A stretch of 64,000 bases of DNA from Eubacteriales bacterium (GTDB lineage Bacteria; Bacillota; Clostridia; Saccharofermentanales; DTU023), in the NCBI GenBank assembly GCA_030532065.1, contig JAUNLW010000001.1:520347-584346 (forward strand). The letters run 5' to 3'. A program made the translations under genes and the position numbers. Every line of letters begins with the position of its first letter. Within the stretch, counting starts at the first letter, position 1. The notes under the pieces were generated by a model. That model did no database searches, was not told the DNA's origin, and saw nothing but the letters and a program-made list of their open reading frames with translations. Of the stretch, positions 1 through 9,715 are shown in pieces.

Positions 1-884
1 GCAGTTTCAATAGTACGGCAAGACGTGGTACCCACACACACAACTCGGCCTCCCTTAGCCTTAGTATCATTGATAATCGCCGCGGTTTCCGGTGTGACCT
101 CATAAGCCTCTGTATGCATCTGGTGGTCAGTGATCTTATCCTCTTTCACAGGCCGGAAGGTACCAATACCTACATGCAGGCAAACCTGTGCCAGGCGAAT
201 ACCTTTGGCTTCGATTTTAGCCAGCAGTTCCGGAGTAAAGTGCAAACCTGCTGTAGGAGCCGCGACTGAGCCATCGTATTTGGCATAAACAGTTTGGTAA
301 CGATTTGGATCGGCCAAGTCGTGGTGGATATATGGAGGCAGAGGTATATGGCCCAGCTCTGCTAAGCGCTGTTCCCAGATGCCCTCAAACTCAAAGCGCA
401 AAATGCGTGCGCCATCTTCTTCAATATTAATAACTTCCGCTTCCAACTCATTTTCTTTAAAGATGATCCTACGACCAAGCTGCAGTTTACGACCGGGCTT
501 GGCCAGACAGCGCCAAGTCCTGGGCGCAAGCTCACGGATCAGCAGGCATTCAATATCGGAAGTCTTACCCGGTAAATGGCCGAACAGCCTGGCCGGTATA
601 ACCTTACTATTATTGATCACCAGACAATCTCCCGGATTGAGAAAATCAGCAATATCACCAATGTGTAAGTGCTTAGGAGGCAGCCCGTCTTTGAGCACCA
701 TCATGCGTGACGCGTCACGCTTTTCCAACGCGTCTTGAGCTATAAGTTCTTCCGGCAGATCATAGTAATAAGAAGATAAAAACAGATCGGCTGGCTCAGC
801 AGGCTCATAAGACTGAGACTCGTGACTTTTGGAATCTGTTGCGGCTGTTTGCTGCTTGCACTTTAAAGTTTCTGCTTCAGACAT
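1..884 (-). CDS. queA: S-adenosylmethionine:tRNA ribosyltransferase-isomerase QueA; the C-terminal part runs off the window start
   Basis: Not in the ORF track because it is truncated by the window edge. My minus-strand translation from the ATG at 884 reads MSEAETLKCKQQ..LSSYYYDLPEELIAQDALEKRDASRMMVL..GDCLVINNSKVIPARL..LPPYIHH..YQTVYAKYDGSVAAPTAGLHFT..VCVGTTSCRTIETA, which carries QueA family signatures. A GGAAGGA RBS sits just upstream and overlaps the trmFO stop. Confidence 0.85.
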   Translation of the reverse strand, partial: MSEAETLKCKQQTAATDSKSHESQSYEPAEPADLFLSSYYYDLPEELIAQDALEKRDASRMMVLKDGLPPKHLHIGDIADFLNPGDCLVINNSKVIPARLFGHLPGKTSDIECLLIRELAPRTWRCLAKPGRKLQLGRRIIFKENELEAEVINIEEDGARILRFEFEGIWEQRLAELGHIPLPPYIHHDLADPNRYQTVYAKYDGSVAAPTAGLHFTPELLAKIEAKGIRLAQVCLHVGIGTFRPVKEDKITDHQMHTEAYEVTPETAAIINDTKAKGGRVVCVGTTSCRTIET

Positions 885-896
885 ATTTGTTCCTTC

Positions 897-2279
897 CTAG
901 CTCTCTTGCTGATATAGCTCTTTAATCTGATCAGCTTCCAAGCCCAGTGTTTCTAACGACCTGATGCTGTAATAACATCTACGTTCCGCCCTGCCTCTCA
1001 GCTTTAATCCGTAGCGTTGCCTATAAGCGCGAATGTCTTCCCTGCCTAGTTCCGATAGAAGAGAAAAATTGGCTTTCAGAGGCTGAAAATTATCCGGGCT
1101 GGCAGAGATCACATAATTTGCCAGTCCTCCAATCACGGTTTCTCTGGTACTGGCACGGGCTAAAAGCTTCGGATCGTACTTACCAAGTTCAGAGGCCAAG
1201 GTTAGGGCAGCTAAGAGGCCAGAAGCCGTAGATTCGAGATAACCTTCCACGCCCGTGATTTGGCCGGCAAAGAAGAGCTTCTGATCCTTCAGCGTGCGGT
1301 AATTCGTGCTGAGCACACGCGGTGAGCAAATGAAGCTGTTGCGATGCATCACGCCAAATCTGGCAAATTCAGCTGTTTCCAGACCTGGAATCATTCTGAA
1401 GACTCGTACTTGTTCGGGGAACTTAAGTCGGGTCTGAAAGCCCACCATATTCCAGAGATTGTGAGCAAAGTCATCCTGACGGAGCTGTACTACAGCATAC
1501 GCCTCTTCTCCCGTGCCGGGTAGTGGTAGGCCTACAGGTTTAAGTGGACCGAAACGCAGCGTATCAATTCCATCTTCAGCCAAGGCCTCTATGGGTTTAC
1601 AGCCTTCAAAGAGCAATTCTTTCTCAAATCCGCGAGGAACTACTTTGTCTGCTTGTAATAGTGCCTCTCTGAATTCTCCGTATTGCTTGGCATCCATCGG
1701 GCAGTTAAGATAGTCACCTTCGCCATCCTCATAGCGGCTGGCCATAAAGGCAATTTCCTTATTAATGGAGCTGTCCTCAATCAAAGGTGCTGCCGCATCA
1801 AAAAAATATAAATTATCCGCGCCAGAGAACTTCTCTATGGATTGGAAAAGCTTGCCTGCGGTAAGAGGTCCGGTCGCGATAAGCCGGTAATCGTCAGTCA
1901 AATCATTCAGGTCCTGTATTTGCTCACAAACCAGCTCAATGTTGGGGTGCTGTTTCAAGCGCTCGCTGATATAAAGAGGGAAAGCCTCACGATCCACCGC
2001 CAATGCGCCACCCGCAGGTAAACGTGTTGCATCTGCCGCTTCCATAATCAAAGAGGAGAAATGGCGCAACTCGTACTTTAGCAGGCCGGAGGCACTGGCA
2101 AATTTTCCGGATCTCAGAGAATTGCTGCAAACTAATTCCGCAAAATGGGGATCGCTATGCGCTGGACTTAGTGTTTCCGGCTTCATGTCGATCAATCGAA
2201 CCTTAAGGCCTCGCTCAGCTAATTGCCAGGCGGCCTCAGAGCCAGCCAGGCCGGCTCCTAAAACACAAATAGTGGTCAT
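897..2279 (-). CDS. trmFO: Methylenetetrahydrofolate-tRNA-(uracil54-C5)-methyltransferase TrmFO (Gid)
   Basis: 460 aa. N-terminal FAD-binding motif VLGAGLAGSEAAWQLA, and full-length resemblance to TrmFO. It directly follows topA, as in many Firmicutes. Confidence 0.9.
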   Translation of the reverse strand: MTTICVLGAGLAGSEAAWQLAERGLKVRLIDMKPETLSPAHSDPHFAELVCSNSLRSGKFASASGLLKYELRHFSSLIMEAADATRLPAGGALAVDREAFPLYISERLKQHPNIELVCEQIQDLNDLTDDYRLIATGPLTAGKLFQSIEKFSGADNLYFFDAAAPLIEDSSINKEIAFMASRYEDGEGDYLNCPMDAKQYGEFREALLQADKVVPRGFEKELLFEGCKPIEALAEDGIDTLRFGPLKPVGLPLPGTGEEAYAVVQLRQDDFAHNLWNMVGFQTRLKFPEQVRVFRMIPGLETAEFARFGVMHRNSFICSPRVLSTNYRTLKDQKLFFAGQITGVEGYLESTASGLLAALTLASELGKYDPKLLARASTRETVIGGLANYVISASPDNFQPLKANFSLLSELGREDIRAYRQRYGLKLRGRAERRCYYSIRSLETLGLEADQIKELYQQES

Positions 2280-4484
2280 CTATTCTTTATCTTCCTCGAT
2301 TTTCTCAGCGCTAGCTTCCTGCGATTTACTTTTCTCTGCTACCTTTTTACGTTGAGACTTAGATTGTGAGTTAATACAGTCTTTGTTACTGCAGCGTTTG
2401 TACTTACGGCCTCGATAACGCTTTTCGACCATATAGGATCCACAGAGCTCACAGCGTTCTTCTAAGGGGCGATCCCAACTGATAAAGTCGCAATTAGGGT
2501 CACTTCCTTTTTTATCACAGACATAGAAGATAGAACCACGCTTGCTCTTTTTCTCAAGTATGTGTGAACCGCACTTAGGGCATCTACCTTCAGCCACTAC
2601 GTCAATGGTCTCTGTGTAATCACAGTCTGGGAAGCGGTCGCAGGCAATAAATTTACCATAACGGCCATTCTTAATAACCAATTCTCCCTCACCACACTTG
2701 GGGCAGGCGCGGCCGGTCTTCTCATCTTTGAGAACTTTCTCCTTGATATTCTCGTCCGCCTCCTTAACCTGACTGTGGAAGGAGGGATAAAAGTCTTTTA
2801 GAATTTCTACACCACTGGTCTCACCCGATTCTACTTCATCCAACTTCTCTTCCATTTGAGCGGTAAACTTGACGTCTACAATGTTCTCAAAATGTTCTTC
2901 CAAGAGCAGTGTTACAGCCTCACCCAGCTGAGTCGGCTTAAGGGAGCGGCCTTCTTTTTCGGCATAATTGCGGTTCAAAATGGTAGAAATAGTTGGTGCA
3001 TATGTTGACGGGCGACCTACTCCTTCTTCTTCCAACGCCTTGATCAAGCTGGCTTCCGTATAACGCGCCGGCGGTTTGGTAAACTTTTGTTCCGGCAAGA
3101 GCTTCTTAAGATCCACCACTTGACCTTCTTCCAGAGCTGGCAAGGTCTCTTTGTCCAGCTCGTCTTTGTCATCATCCGTACTGGATTCGCTGGCACTCTG
3201 GTAGATGCGCATCCAACCTGGGAAAAGCATTGACTCACCCTTTACCCGGAAGAGTTTATCCGCTTCCGATCCCGCTACTACATCGCAGCTAACCGTATCG
3301 AAAATAGCGGCCGTCATCTGTGAGGCAATAAATTTATTCCAGATCAGCCGGTAAAGCCGCAATTGCTCTCCGCTAAGATCGGTGGCAATCTTATCGGGAC
3401 TGAGATCAAAGTGAATAGGCCTGATCGCTTCATGCGCGTCTTGAGCCGCTTTTTTGTTTTTGTAATATCTCGGCTTGGCCGGCAAATAGTCCGGGCCATA
3501 TTGTTCCGAGATAAAAACACGAGCAGCCTGGGCAGCGTCTGGGTTGATACGCAAAGAGTCAGTACGAATATAAGAGATCAGAGAGATCTGACCCTGACCC
3601 TGAATATTCACACCTTCGTACAGTTGCTGAGCTATTCTCATCGTACGTGAAGAAGAAAAGTTGTAAGCTCTGGAAGCCTCCTGTTGCAAAGATGAAGTTG
3701 TGAAAGGCGGATAAGCGTCACGCTTCCGCTTGTTCTTCTTAACGGTATTGACTTTAAACTCGCTGCCTTTGAGCTCAGCAATCAGTTCCTTGATCTCTGC
3801 TTCATTTTTTAGCTGATGGCGCGTTACTCTACCACTCTTTAGCTGACCGTGATAACGCGAGCGAAAAACCTCTTCTTTGGCAGTAGCCAATTCCGCAGTT
3901 AAGAGCCAGTATTCCTCGGGCTTAAAATCACGAATTTCTCTTTCACGTACCACCAGCATACGAGTGGCCAGAGATTGGACACGTCCAGCAGATAGGCCTT
4001 TAAAAACCTTCTTCCATAACAGCGGGCTTAGCTCATAGCCCACCAGGCGGTCTAAGATACGTCTGGTCTGCTGAGAATTGAACAGATTCATATCAATAGG
4101 CCTGGCTTGTTCTAATGCCTCACGCACAGCCTTCTCAGTAATCTCATTAAAGCTGATACGACAATTACTGGTCGGATCAATCTTGAGCGCCTTGGCCAGA
4201 TGCCAGGCTATGGCCTCTCCTTCTCGGTCCGGGTCAGTTGCGAGGAGAACAGCGTCTGCTTTTTCCTGCTTCTTCTTTAACTCTCGGATAACCGATTCCT
4301 TGCCAGGCATTGTAATGTAGCGAGGTTGAAAATCATTATTAATATTGACTCCCAAGGTAGATTTCGGCAAATCACGGACATGGCCAACTGAGGCAGCAAC
4401 CTCATAGTCCTGACCTAGATATTTGCCAATAGTCTTTGCCTTGGCAGGCGATTCCACAATTACCAGCGTTTTTCCCATATACAT
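2280..4484 (-). CDS. topA: DNA topoisomerase I
   Basis: 734 aa. Toprim N-terminus (LVIVESPAKAKTIGKYLG), DPDREGEAIAWH motif, a C-terminal series of CxxC zinc ribbons and a Lys-rich tail. Confidence 0.95.
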   Translation of the reverse strand: MYMGKTLVIVESPAKAKTIGKYLGQDYEVAASVGHVRDLPKSTLGVNINNDFQPRYITMPGKESVIRELKKKQEKADAVLLATDPDREGEAIAWHLAKALKIDPTSNCRISFNEITEKAVREALEQARPIDMNLFNSQQTRRILDRLVGYELSPLLWKKVFKGLSAGRVQSLATRMLVVREREIRDFKPEEYWLLTAELATAKEEVFRSRYHGQLKSGRVTRHQLKNEAEIKELIAELKGSEFKVNTVKKNKRKRDAYPPFTTSSLQQEASRAYNFSSSRTMRIAQQLYEGVNIQGQGQISLISYIRTDSLRINPDAAQAARVFISEQYGPDYLPAKPRYYKNKKAAQDAHEAIRPIHFDLSPDKIATDLSGEQLRLYRLIWNKFIASQMTAAIFDTVSCDVVAGSEADKLFRVKGESMLFPGWMRIYQSASESSTDDDKDELDKETLPALEEGQVVDLKKLLPEQKFTKPPARYTEASLIKALEEEGVGRPSTYAPTISTILNRNYAEKEGRSLKPTQLGEAVTLLLEEHFENIVDVKFTAQMEEKLDEVESGETSGVEILKDFYPSFHSQVKEADENIKEKVLKDEKTGRACPKCGEGELVIKNGRYGKFIACDRFPDCDYTETIDVVAEGRCPKCGSHILEKKSKRGSIFYVCDKKGSDPNCDFISWDRPLEERCELCGSYMVEKRYRGRKYKRCSNKDCINSQSKSQRKKVAEKSKSQEASAEKIEEDKE

Positions 4485-4577
4485 CCTTTTCTGTTATCAC
4501 CAGCTCAAAGCAAAAGTCCTGAAGACACGTTGGCGCTAAGCCCAGTCTACTTTGCTGAGGCGGGGGAAGAAGTCAAC

Positions 4578-5783
4578 CTATGGACCATATATACAGGATA
4601 TTGCCTTTTCTGTCAAAGTTAAACCGGCTGCTTGATAAGTCAGCCAGCCTCCCAACTCTAACCTCGCTACCAGGCGGTTACAGGCTTGAGGTGTTATGGC
4701 AAAGTTAAGCCCCAGCTCATCTCGGCTGGCGGGCTTACCTGATAAAAAGCGTAAAACTTCCTGTTCAAGTTCTGATAAGGCCTGTCCCGGCTGTGATGCG
4801 GATTTTGAATATTCAACTTTAGCTGGCGTGTCTGTGTGAGTTTTTAGATCTGAATAATTAAGCTGTTCCCAGCCTGCAGCAAAACTTGCCAGACGGAGAG
4901 GCTGTGGCTTACTCAACTCATCCAATATTTCCAGTGAATCTAAAATCAAGGCACCGTCGCGCAGGAGCTGGAGAGAACCTTTATAGGACTCTTCTTCCAG
5001 AAAAGCAGGCGCAACATAAACTTCGCGGCCCTGATCAACTGCCACTCGTCCCGTAATCAGGCTGCCGCTCTGAGAACCAGCCTGGACAATGACTACACTG
5101 GTTGCCAAGCCGGAGATCAAACGATTGCGCATATGAAAATTAGCTTTACGCACAGGATACTTTGGAGGAAATTCACTTACTACCGATCCTTGTTTGCATA
5201 TATCCTTCATTAGTTTCGTATGTTGAGCAGGGTAACACTGGCTAAGTCCACAGGGCATGACCGCCACAGTAACACCTCCGGCATCAAGGCAGGCCTGGTG
5301 AGCCGTTCCATCTACACCTTTAGCTAAACCACTGATTATCGGGCTGCCGGCAACAGCCAAACGCGAACTGATTTTTCTGGTCAGATAGTAAGAGTATGGT
5401 ATGGCCCGGCGGGCACCGACTACCGCCACTGTAGCTTTGCCATTAATCTCTGAAGGTTCGTGACCCAAAAACCAGAGCCATAACGGCGCGTCCGTCAGTG
5501 AATTCAAGTAGATGGGCCAAGTAGTAGCTCCTCGGTAAGTAATACGCATTCCCGCTTCTTCATACTTAGCTGCCTCCGCCTGACAGGCCTCATAAAACTC
5601 TGTACCAGGTTGCCAGGGCACGCAAAGTTCGGACAGGTGAGCCATTATGGCAGGTGCTTTCCAGGTGAGTAGCTCTCCTTCTAAGAAAATCCTTCTTCTT
5701 TCATCCCATTTGAGCCGCAGTTTTTGGGTTAGATTTTCCAAGTAGAGAGCATTAGTCATCAATTCTCGATCCTCTATAGCCAT
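4578..5783 (-). CDS. dprA: DNA-processing protein DprA (Smf)
   Basis: 401 aa. Rossmann-like DprA core (VAVVGARRAIPYSYY..GLAKGVDGTAHQACLDAGG..GSQSGSLITGR). The dprA-topA-trmFO order is classic Firmicute synteny. Confidence 0.85.
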   Translation of the reverse strand: MAIEDRELMTNALYLENLTQKLRLKWDERRRIFLEGELLTWKAPAIMAHLSELCVPWQPGTEFYEACQAEAAKYEEAGMRITYRGATTWPIYLNSLTDAPLWLWFLGHEPSEINGKATVAVVGARRAIPYSYYLTRKISSRLAVAGSPIISGLAKGVDGTAHQACLDAGGVTVAVMPCGLSQCYPAQHTKLMKDICKQGSVVSEFPPKYPVRKANFHMRNRLISGLATSVVIVQAGSQSGSLITGRVAVDQGREVYVAPAFLEEESYKGSLQLLRDGALILDSLEILDELSKPQPLRLASFAAGWEQLNYSDLKTHTDTPAKVEYSKSASQPGQALSELEQEVLRFLSGKPASRDELGLNFAITPQACNRLVARLELGGWLTYQAAGLTLTEKAISCIYGP

Positions 5784-5803
5784 ATGTTCTCCTTTTTACT
5801 TTA

Positions 5804-7405
5804 TTAATTAAACCCCAGGTACTCTGTAGGTCTTACCCGATAGCTATAGGCTTCTTCCAGATCCTCTATCAGCACTTCCTCTCTTCCCTCCCAGTCAGCT
5901 ATAGTTCTGGCCACTTGGAGGAGTTGGCGGTACTGGCGCAGGCTGGCCCGACTTTGGTCTGCCAGTACACCGGCCTTGCTGGCCAGTTTCTGTGAAAATC
6001 CGTAATCTTTGCTCGCCTCTAGCCAGGGATTTTTGCCATTGAGATAACAAGACTTATCTAGATCCGGATGCAAAAGCTCAAAGCGTTGCTTTTGTCGTTG
6101 CCAGCTGTTGGTAATTTGTGCTCGCAGCTCTAGAAATCGTTTGCGAGCCTCTCCCAAGTCTGGGTCAGTTTGTTCCCAGCTGAAGATACTCTCGCGCCTG
6201 AAGGTCAACAGCAATTGAAAACGATCCCAAAGTGGGCCACTGATTTTGTTCAAATGTTTGGTCACGGCTCTGGGGCTGCAGCTGCATTTCCCACCAGCTT
6301 CTAAGGCCAGGCCACAGCTACAGGGATTCGCAGCTGCCAGTAGCAGGAAATCGGCAGGTAGTTCCACCCGCTCATCCGCTCTGGCAAGATACAATTCACG
6401 CTTACTTAAGGCTTCGCGCAAAGCTTCTGTTTTGGTGGAAGGGTACTCAGTAAGCTCATCCAGAAAAAGCAGTCCTTTATGTGCCAAGCTGAAGAGTCCC
6501 GGTTGTACCGGATTACCACCTCCTATGAGAGCGATCTTCGTTACCGAAGAATGAGGAGCTAAAAAGGGTCTTCTATTACAGTTAAGGAAATCGCTGTCCA
6601 CATCCTCAGCTAAGGCATAGAGTTTTTGCAGCTCAAATTTTTCTTCTGCTTCCAGGGATGGTAGAAGATAAGGAGCCAGGCTCAAGAGCATGCTTTTACC
6701 TGATCCTGGTGTGCCTAAAGCTATGAGATGATGCCAACCAGCTAAGCCCAGGGTCAGGCCACGCAGAGCTGTTGATTGGCCACGAAAGGCAGCAAAACTC
6801 TTTATCGTATCCAGGCTTAAATCACTTGTAGCAGTCTGACTATCCTCAGGCGAACTTGTCACCACAGATCTTGGCTTTAATGGCTTTACACCGCGGTAAT
6901 AGTCTAGAGCTTCCGCTAAGTCTCTGACTTGGCGATAACCCAGGTCAGGAAAAATATGGGCTTCCGGTAGATTATCCTCCGGCAGGAGAAGAAAACTATC
7001 TGATTTAGCCGCTATTTCCAGGCAAGATACGATGCCAGGAACTTTACGAATTTGCCCTTGTAGACCCAATTCTCCGATTACGGCAAATTTACGTCCCGCA
7101 GACAAATCGCCTGCCTGTTCTGAGGCCTGGATAACTGCTAAAGCCAGAGGCAGGTCAAAAAGACTACCAGACTTATCCAGCCAGGCAGGAGCGATGGAGG
7201 TTATAATTCTCCCACGTGGCCAATCCAGGCCACTGTTACAGATTGCGGCCCTTATCCGGCTTTCTATATCATGAGCCTTGCCCTTACTAAGTCCACTGAG
7301 GCTAAAAGAAGGTAGACCTGGCAAGATACTCGCCTCAACCACGCTGGGATAGGCAGTTAGGCCGCGGGGAATAAAAGTTTGCACTTGACTGTATTTTCCG
7401 GACAT
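5804..7405 (-). CDS. comM: Mg-chelatase-like AAA+ competence protein ComM/YifB
   Basis: 533 aa. Lon-like N-domain, Walker A GTPGSGKSML, Walker B LLFLDELTEY, and the characteristic CxC..C..CxC cluster (CSCGLALEAGGKCSCS). Confidence 0.85.
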   Translation of the reverse strand: MSGKYSQVQTFIPRGLTAYPSVVEASILPGLPSFSLSGLSKGKAHDIESRIRAAICNSGLDWPRGRIITSIAPAWLDKSGSLFDLPLALAVIQASEQAGDLSAGRKFAVIGELGLQGQIRKVPGIVSCLEIAAKSDSFLLLPEDNLPEAHIFPDLGYRQVRDLAEALDYYRGVKPLKPRSVVTSSPEDSQTATSDLSLDTIKSFAAFRGQSTALRGLTLGLAGWHHLIALGTPGSGKSMLLSLAPYLLPSLEAEEKFELQKLYALAEDVDSDFLNCNRRPFLAPHSSVTKIALIGGGNPVQPGLFSLAHKGLLFLDELTEYPSTKTEALREALSKRELYLARADERVELPADFLLLAAANPCSCGLALEAGGKCSCSPRAVTKHLNKISGPLWDRFQLLLTFRRESIFSWEQTDPDLGEARKRFLELRAQITNSWQRQKQRFELLHPDLDKSCYLNGKNPWLEASKDYGFSQKLASKAGVLADQSRASLRQYRQLLQVARTIADWEGREEVLIEDLEEAYSYRVRPTEYLGFN

Positions 7406-7616
7406 AAATTCTCACTTTCTAAATTTCATCCAGTTTAGTCATAGCTCAAATATAGGGCTAAGCGACTTAACGACAAGAAGCGAAAAATTGCGACAATTTT
7501 TTACCTTGCTGCCTCTAGCTCCAGAAACTGCTTGTCTGTCTCGGGCTTGTGTTACACTGTTGAGAGTCAAAAGCCTATACTAAACTCATATATATATTCC
7601 AAGGAGAAGAGCCCAA

Positions 7617-8711
7617 ATGAAAGTTGGCATCGTTGGCCTGCCAAATGTAGGCAAGAGCACCCTCTTTAACGCGATTACTCACGCCGGAGCAGAAGCTGCA
7701 AATTATCCCTTCTGTACGATTGAACCCAACCACGGAGTGGTCCCAGTTCCCGATAAACGCTTAAACCGCCTGGCCGAAATCTCTGACAGCAAAAAGATCG
7801 TACCGGCGGTGGTAGAATTTGTGGATATTGCTGGCCTGGTGGCAGGCGCCAGCCGAGGTGAAGGCCTAGGCAACAAATTTCTGGCCAACATCAGGGAAAC
7901 CGATGCCATCCTGCATGTCGTTCGCTGTTTTAAAGATCCTGACGTAACTCACGTTTCGGGCAACTCAACGCCCGTAGATGACGCCACAGTAATCAATCTG
8001 GAACTGATTCTTTCTGATCTTGAATTCCTGGAGCGGCGCATTGATAAAGTTGAGCGTATGGCCAAAAGTGGTGACAAAAAAATCAAAGAAGAACTGGCTT
8101 TCCTGGAAAGACTCCAGGCTCATCTCGCCGATGAGCAACCTGCTCGTACCTTCTCCTGGACCGAGGAAGAGCGTCTTGAGTACTCTAAGGACCTGCCGCT
8201 TTTAACTAATAAGCCAGTCTTGTATGTGGCTAATATCTCTGAGGACGCTATTGGGCAAAACAGCCCGGAGCTTGAGGCACTGTCAGTTGAGGCCAAATCC
8301 GAAGAGGCTGCCATTATTCCCATTTCTGCCCAAATTGAAGAAGAAATTTCACTTTTAGATGATCCTGAAGAGCGCGCCATGTTCCTGGAGGATCTGGGTC
8401 TTGATGAGCCCGGTCTGGATAAGATTATACGCGCTTCCTATGATCTCTTAGGCCTTATGTCCTTTCTTACTACCGGTCCGGAAGAATCGCGCGCCTGGAC
8501 CATCAGACAAGGCACCAAAGCCGCGGAAGCCGCCGGTAAGATCCACTCCGATATCGAACGTGGATTTATCCGTGCCGAGATCGTATCTTACGATGTTCTT
8601 GATAAGTTGGGCAGTATGAAGGAAGTGCGTGACCAAGGTTTCTTACGTTCAGAAGGCCGCGATTATGTCATGCAAGACGGGGATGTTGTCCTCTTCCGCT
8701 TTAACGTATAA
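7617..8711 (+). CDS. ychF: Ribosome-binding ATPase YchF
   Basis: 364 aa. G1 motif [13 protein letters not shown] and the conserved C-terminal TGS-like end [11 protein letters not shown]. An AAGGAGAAG RBS precedes the ATG. Confidence 0.95.
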   Translation: MKVGIVGLPNVGKSTLFNAITHAGAEAANYPFCTIEPNHGVVPVPDKRLNRLAEISDSKKIVPAVVEFVDIAGLVAGASRGEGLGNKFLANIRETDAILHVVRCFKDPDVTHVSGNSTPVDDATVINLELILSDLEFLERRIDKVERMAKSGDKKIKEELAFLERLQAHLADEQPARTFSWTEEERLEYSKDLPLLTNKPVLYVANISEDAIGQNSPELEALSVEAKSEEAAIIPISAQIEEEISLLDDPEERAMFLEDLGLDEPGLDKIIRASYDLLGLMSFLTTGPEESRAWTIRQGTKAAEAAGKIHSDIERGFIRAEIVSYDVLDKLGSMKEVRDQGFLRSEGRDYVMQDGDVVLFRFNV

Positions 8712-8723
8712 AGCAGGTCGCTC

Positions 8724-9344
8724 ATGTTTATCATTGGAATTACCGGAGGTATTGGTAGTGGCAAGTCCAGCTTTGCCAGGCTCTTAGCAGAAGCTGGCCT
8801 GCCAGTGTTGGACGCGGACAAAATTTCTCATTCTGTAACAGCCACTGGTGGGGCATCCATTGCAGCTATTAGAGAAACATTCGGTCCAGAATTTATCAGA
8901 GAAGATGGCAGCCTAGATCGACAGCGTATGGCCGACTTGGCCTTTAGTGATAAAAAAGCACTAGATCGTTTGAGCGCAATTGTCCATCAGGATGTCTTTT
9001 CTAGTATGGAAGAGAGTTTGGCAGATTTTTCCCGGCAGAAACTTTCTGCTGTAGTCTTGGACGTTCCCATCCCTGTGGAACACGGTTTTCTCGACCGTGT
9101 TGACTTAGTAGTCTGTGTGTGGACTGATGAAGAAATAAGAATTCCTCGTTTAGTAGACCGTGGTATGAGTGAAGAGGAAGCGAGACGTCGAATTGCCGTA
9201 CAAATGACTAAAGATGATTATCTAAATATTTCAGATTATTTTATTCAAAATAACGGTAGTCTAGAAGACTTACGCTGTAAGGCGCAAAGCTTCCTTATGG
9301 AAGTACTGGAAGATCGAGGTATAAAATTTAAAGCTCTTTGCTGA
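8724..9344 (+). CDS. coaE: Dephospho-CoA kinase
   Basis: 206 aa. P-loop GITGGIGSGKSS and CoaE family length and layout. Confidence 0.9.
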   Translation: MFIIGITGGIGSGKSSFARLLAEAGLPVLDADKISHSVTATGGASIAAIRETFGPEFIREDGSLDRQRMADLAFSDKKALDRLSAIVHQDVFSSMEESLADFSRQKLSAVVLDVPIPVEHGFLDRVDLVVCVWTDEEIRIPRLVDRGMSEEEARRRIAVQMTKDDYLNISDYFIQNNGSLEDLRCKAQSFLMEVLEDRGIKFKALC

Positions 9345-9392
9345 ACATTGTGCATACATCAAGCCGGAATATTGCAATAAAGGTTTTAAATC

Positions 9393-9644
9393 ATGATTAA
9401 AAAAAGTAAAATCTTTCAGGGTTTCGTTTGCTTAGTTTTATTTGTTATTTTTCTAATTGCCACATTCTATAAATGGCCATTTTTCATTTTAGCCGTCCTA
9501 GCTTTAGTCGGATATTTATGGACGGATAAACGTTATCTTCGTTGTCCTCACTGTGGAACTTTCGAGAATTTAGAACGTCTTTACTATGCCACAACACACA
9601 AATACCATTGCCGCCATTGTGGTCAAAAAATAGAAGTCAAATAG
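9393..9644 (+). CDS. Small hypothetical membrane protein with a C-terminal zinc ribbon
   Basis: 83 aa. Two hydrophobic helices (FVCLVLFVIFLIATF, FFILAVLALVGYLW) followed by CPHCG-x17-CRHCG. The RBS is weak (AAAGG). It sits in an AT-rich pocket and is followed by a hairpin terminator. Confidence 0.5.
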   Translation: MIKKSKIFQGFVCLVLFVIFLIATFYKWPFFILAVLALVGYLWTDKRYLRCPHCGTFENLERLYYATTHKYHCRHCGQKIEVK

Positions 9645-9678
9645 TATTAGATTTATTATTAGCATTTTTACATTAAGC

Positions 9679-9712
9679 ATAGGCTGATCAATTGAAGATC
9701 AGCCTATATTTG
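9679..9712. terminator. Bidirectional hairpin between the convergent small ORF and polA
   Basis: An 11-bp perfect stem, ataggctgatc / gatcagcctat, with a 7-nt loop, flanked by T/A-rich sequence. Confidence 0.5.
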
Positions 9713-9715
9713 GCT

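Noticed and set aside
379-738. 119-aa plus-strand ORF in the ORF track
   Set aside because: It lies entirely antisense to the well-supported queA reading frame, has a low-complexity Ser/Arg-rich sequence and has no RBS. It is a shadow ORF.
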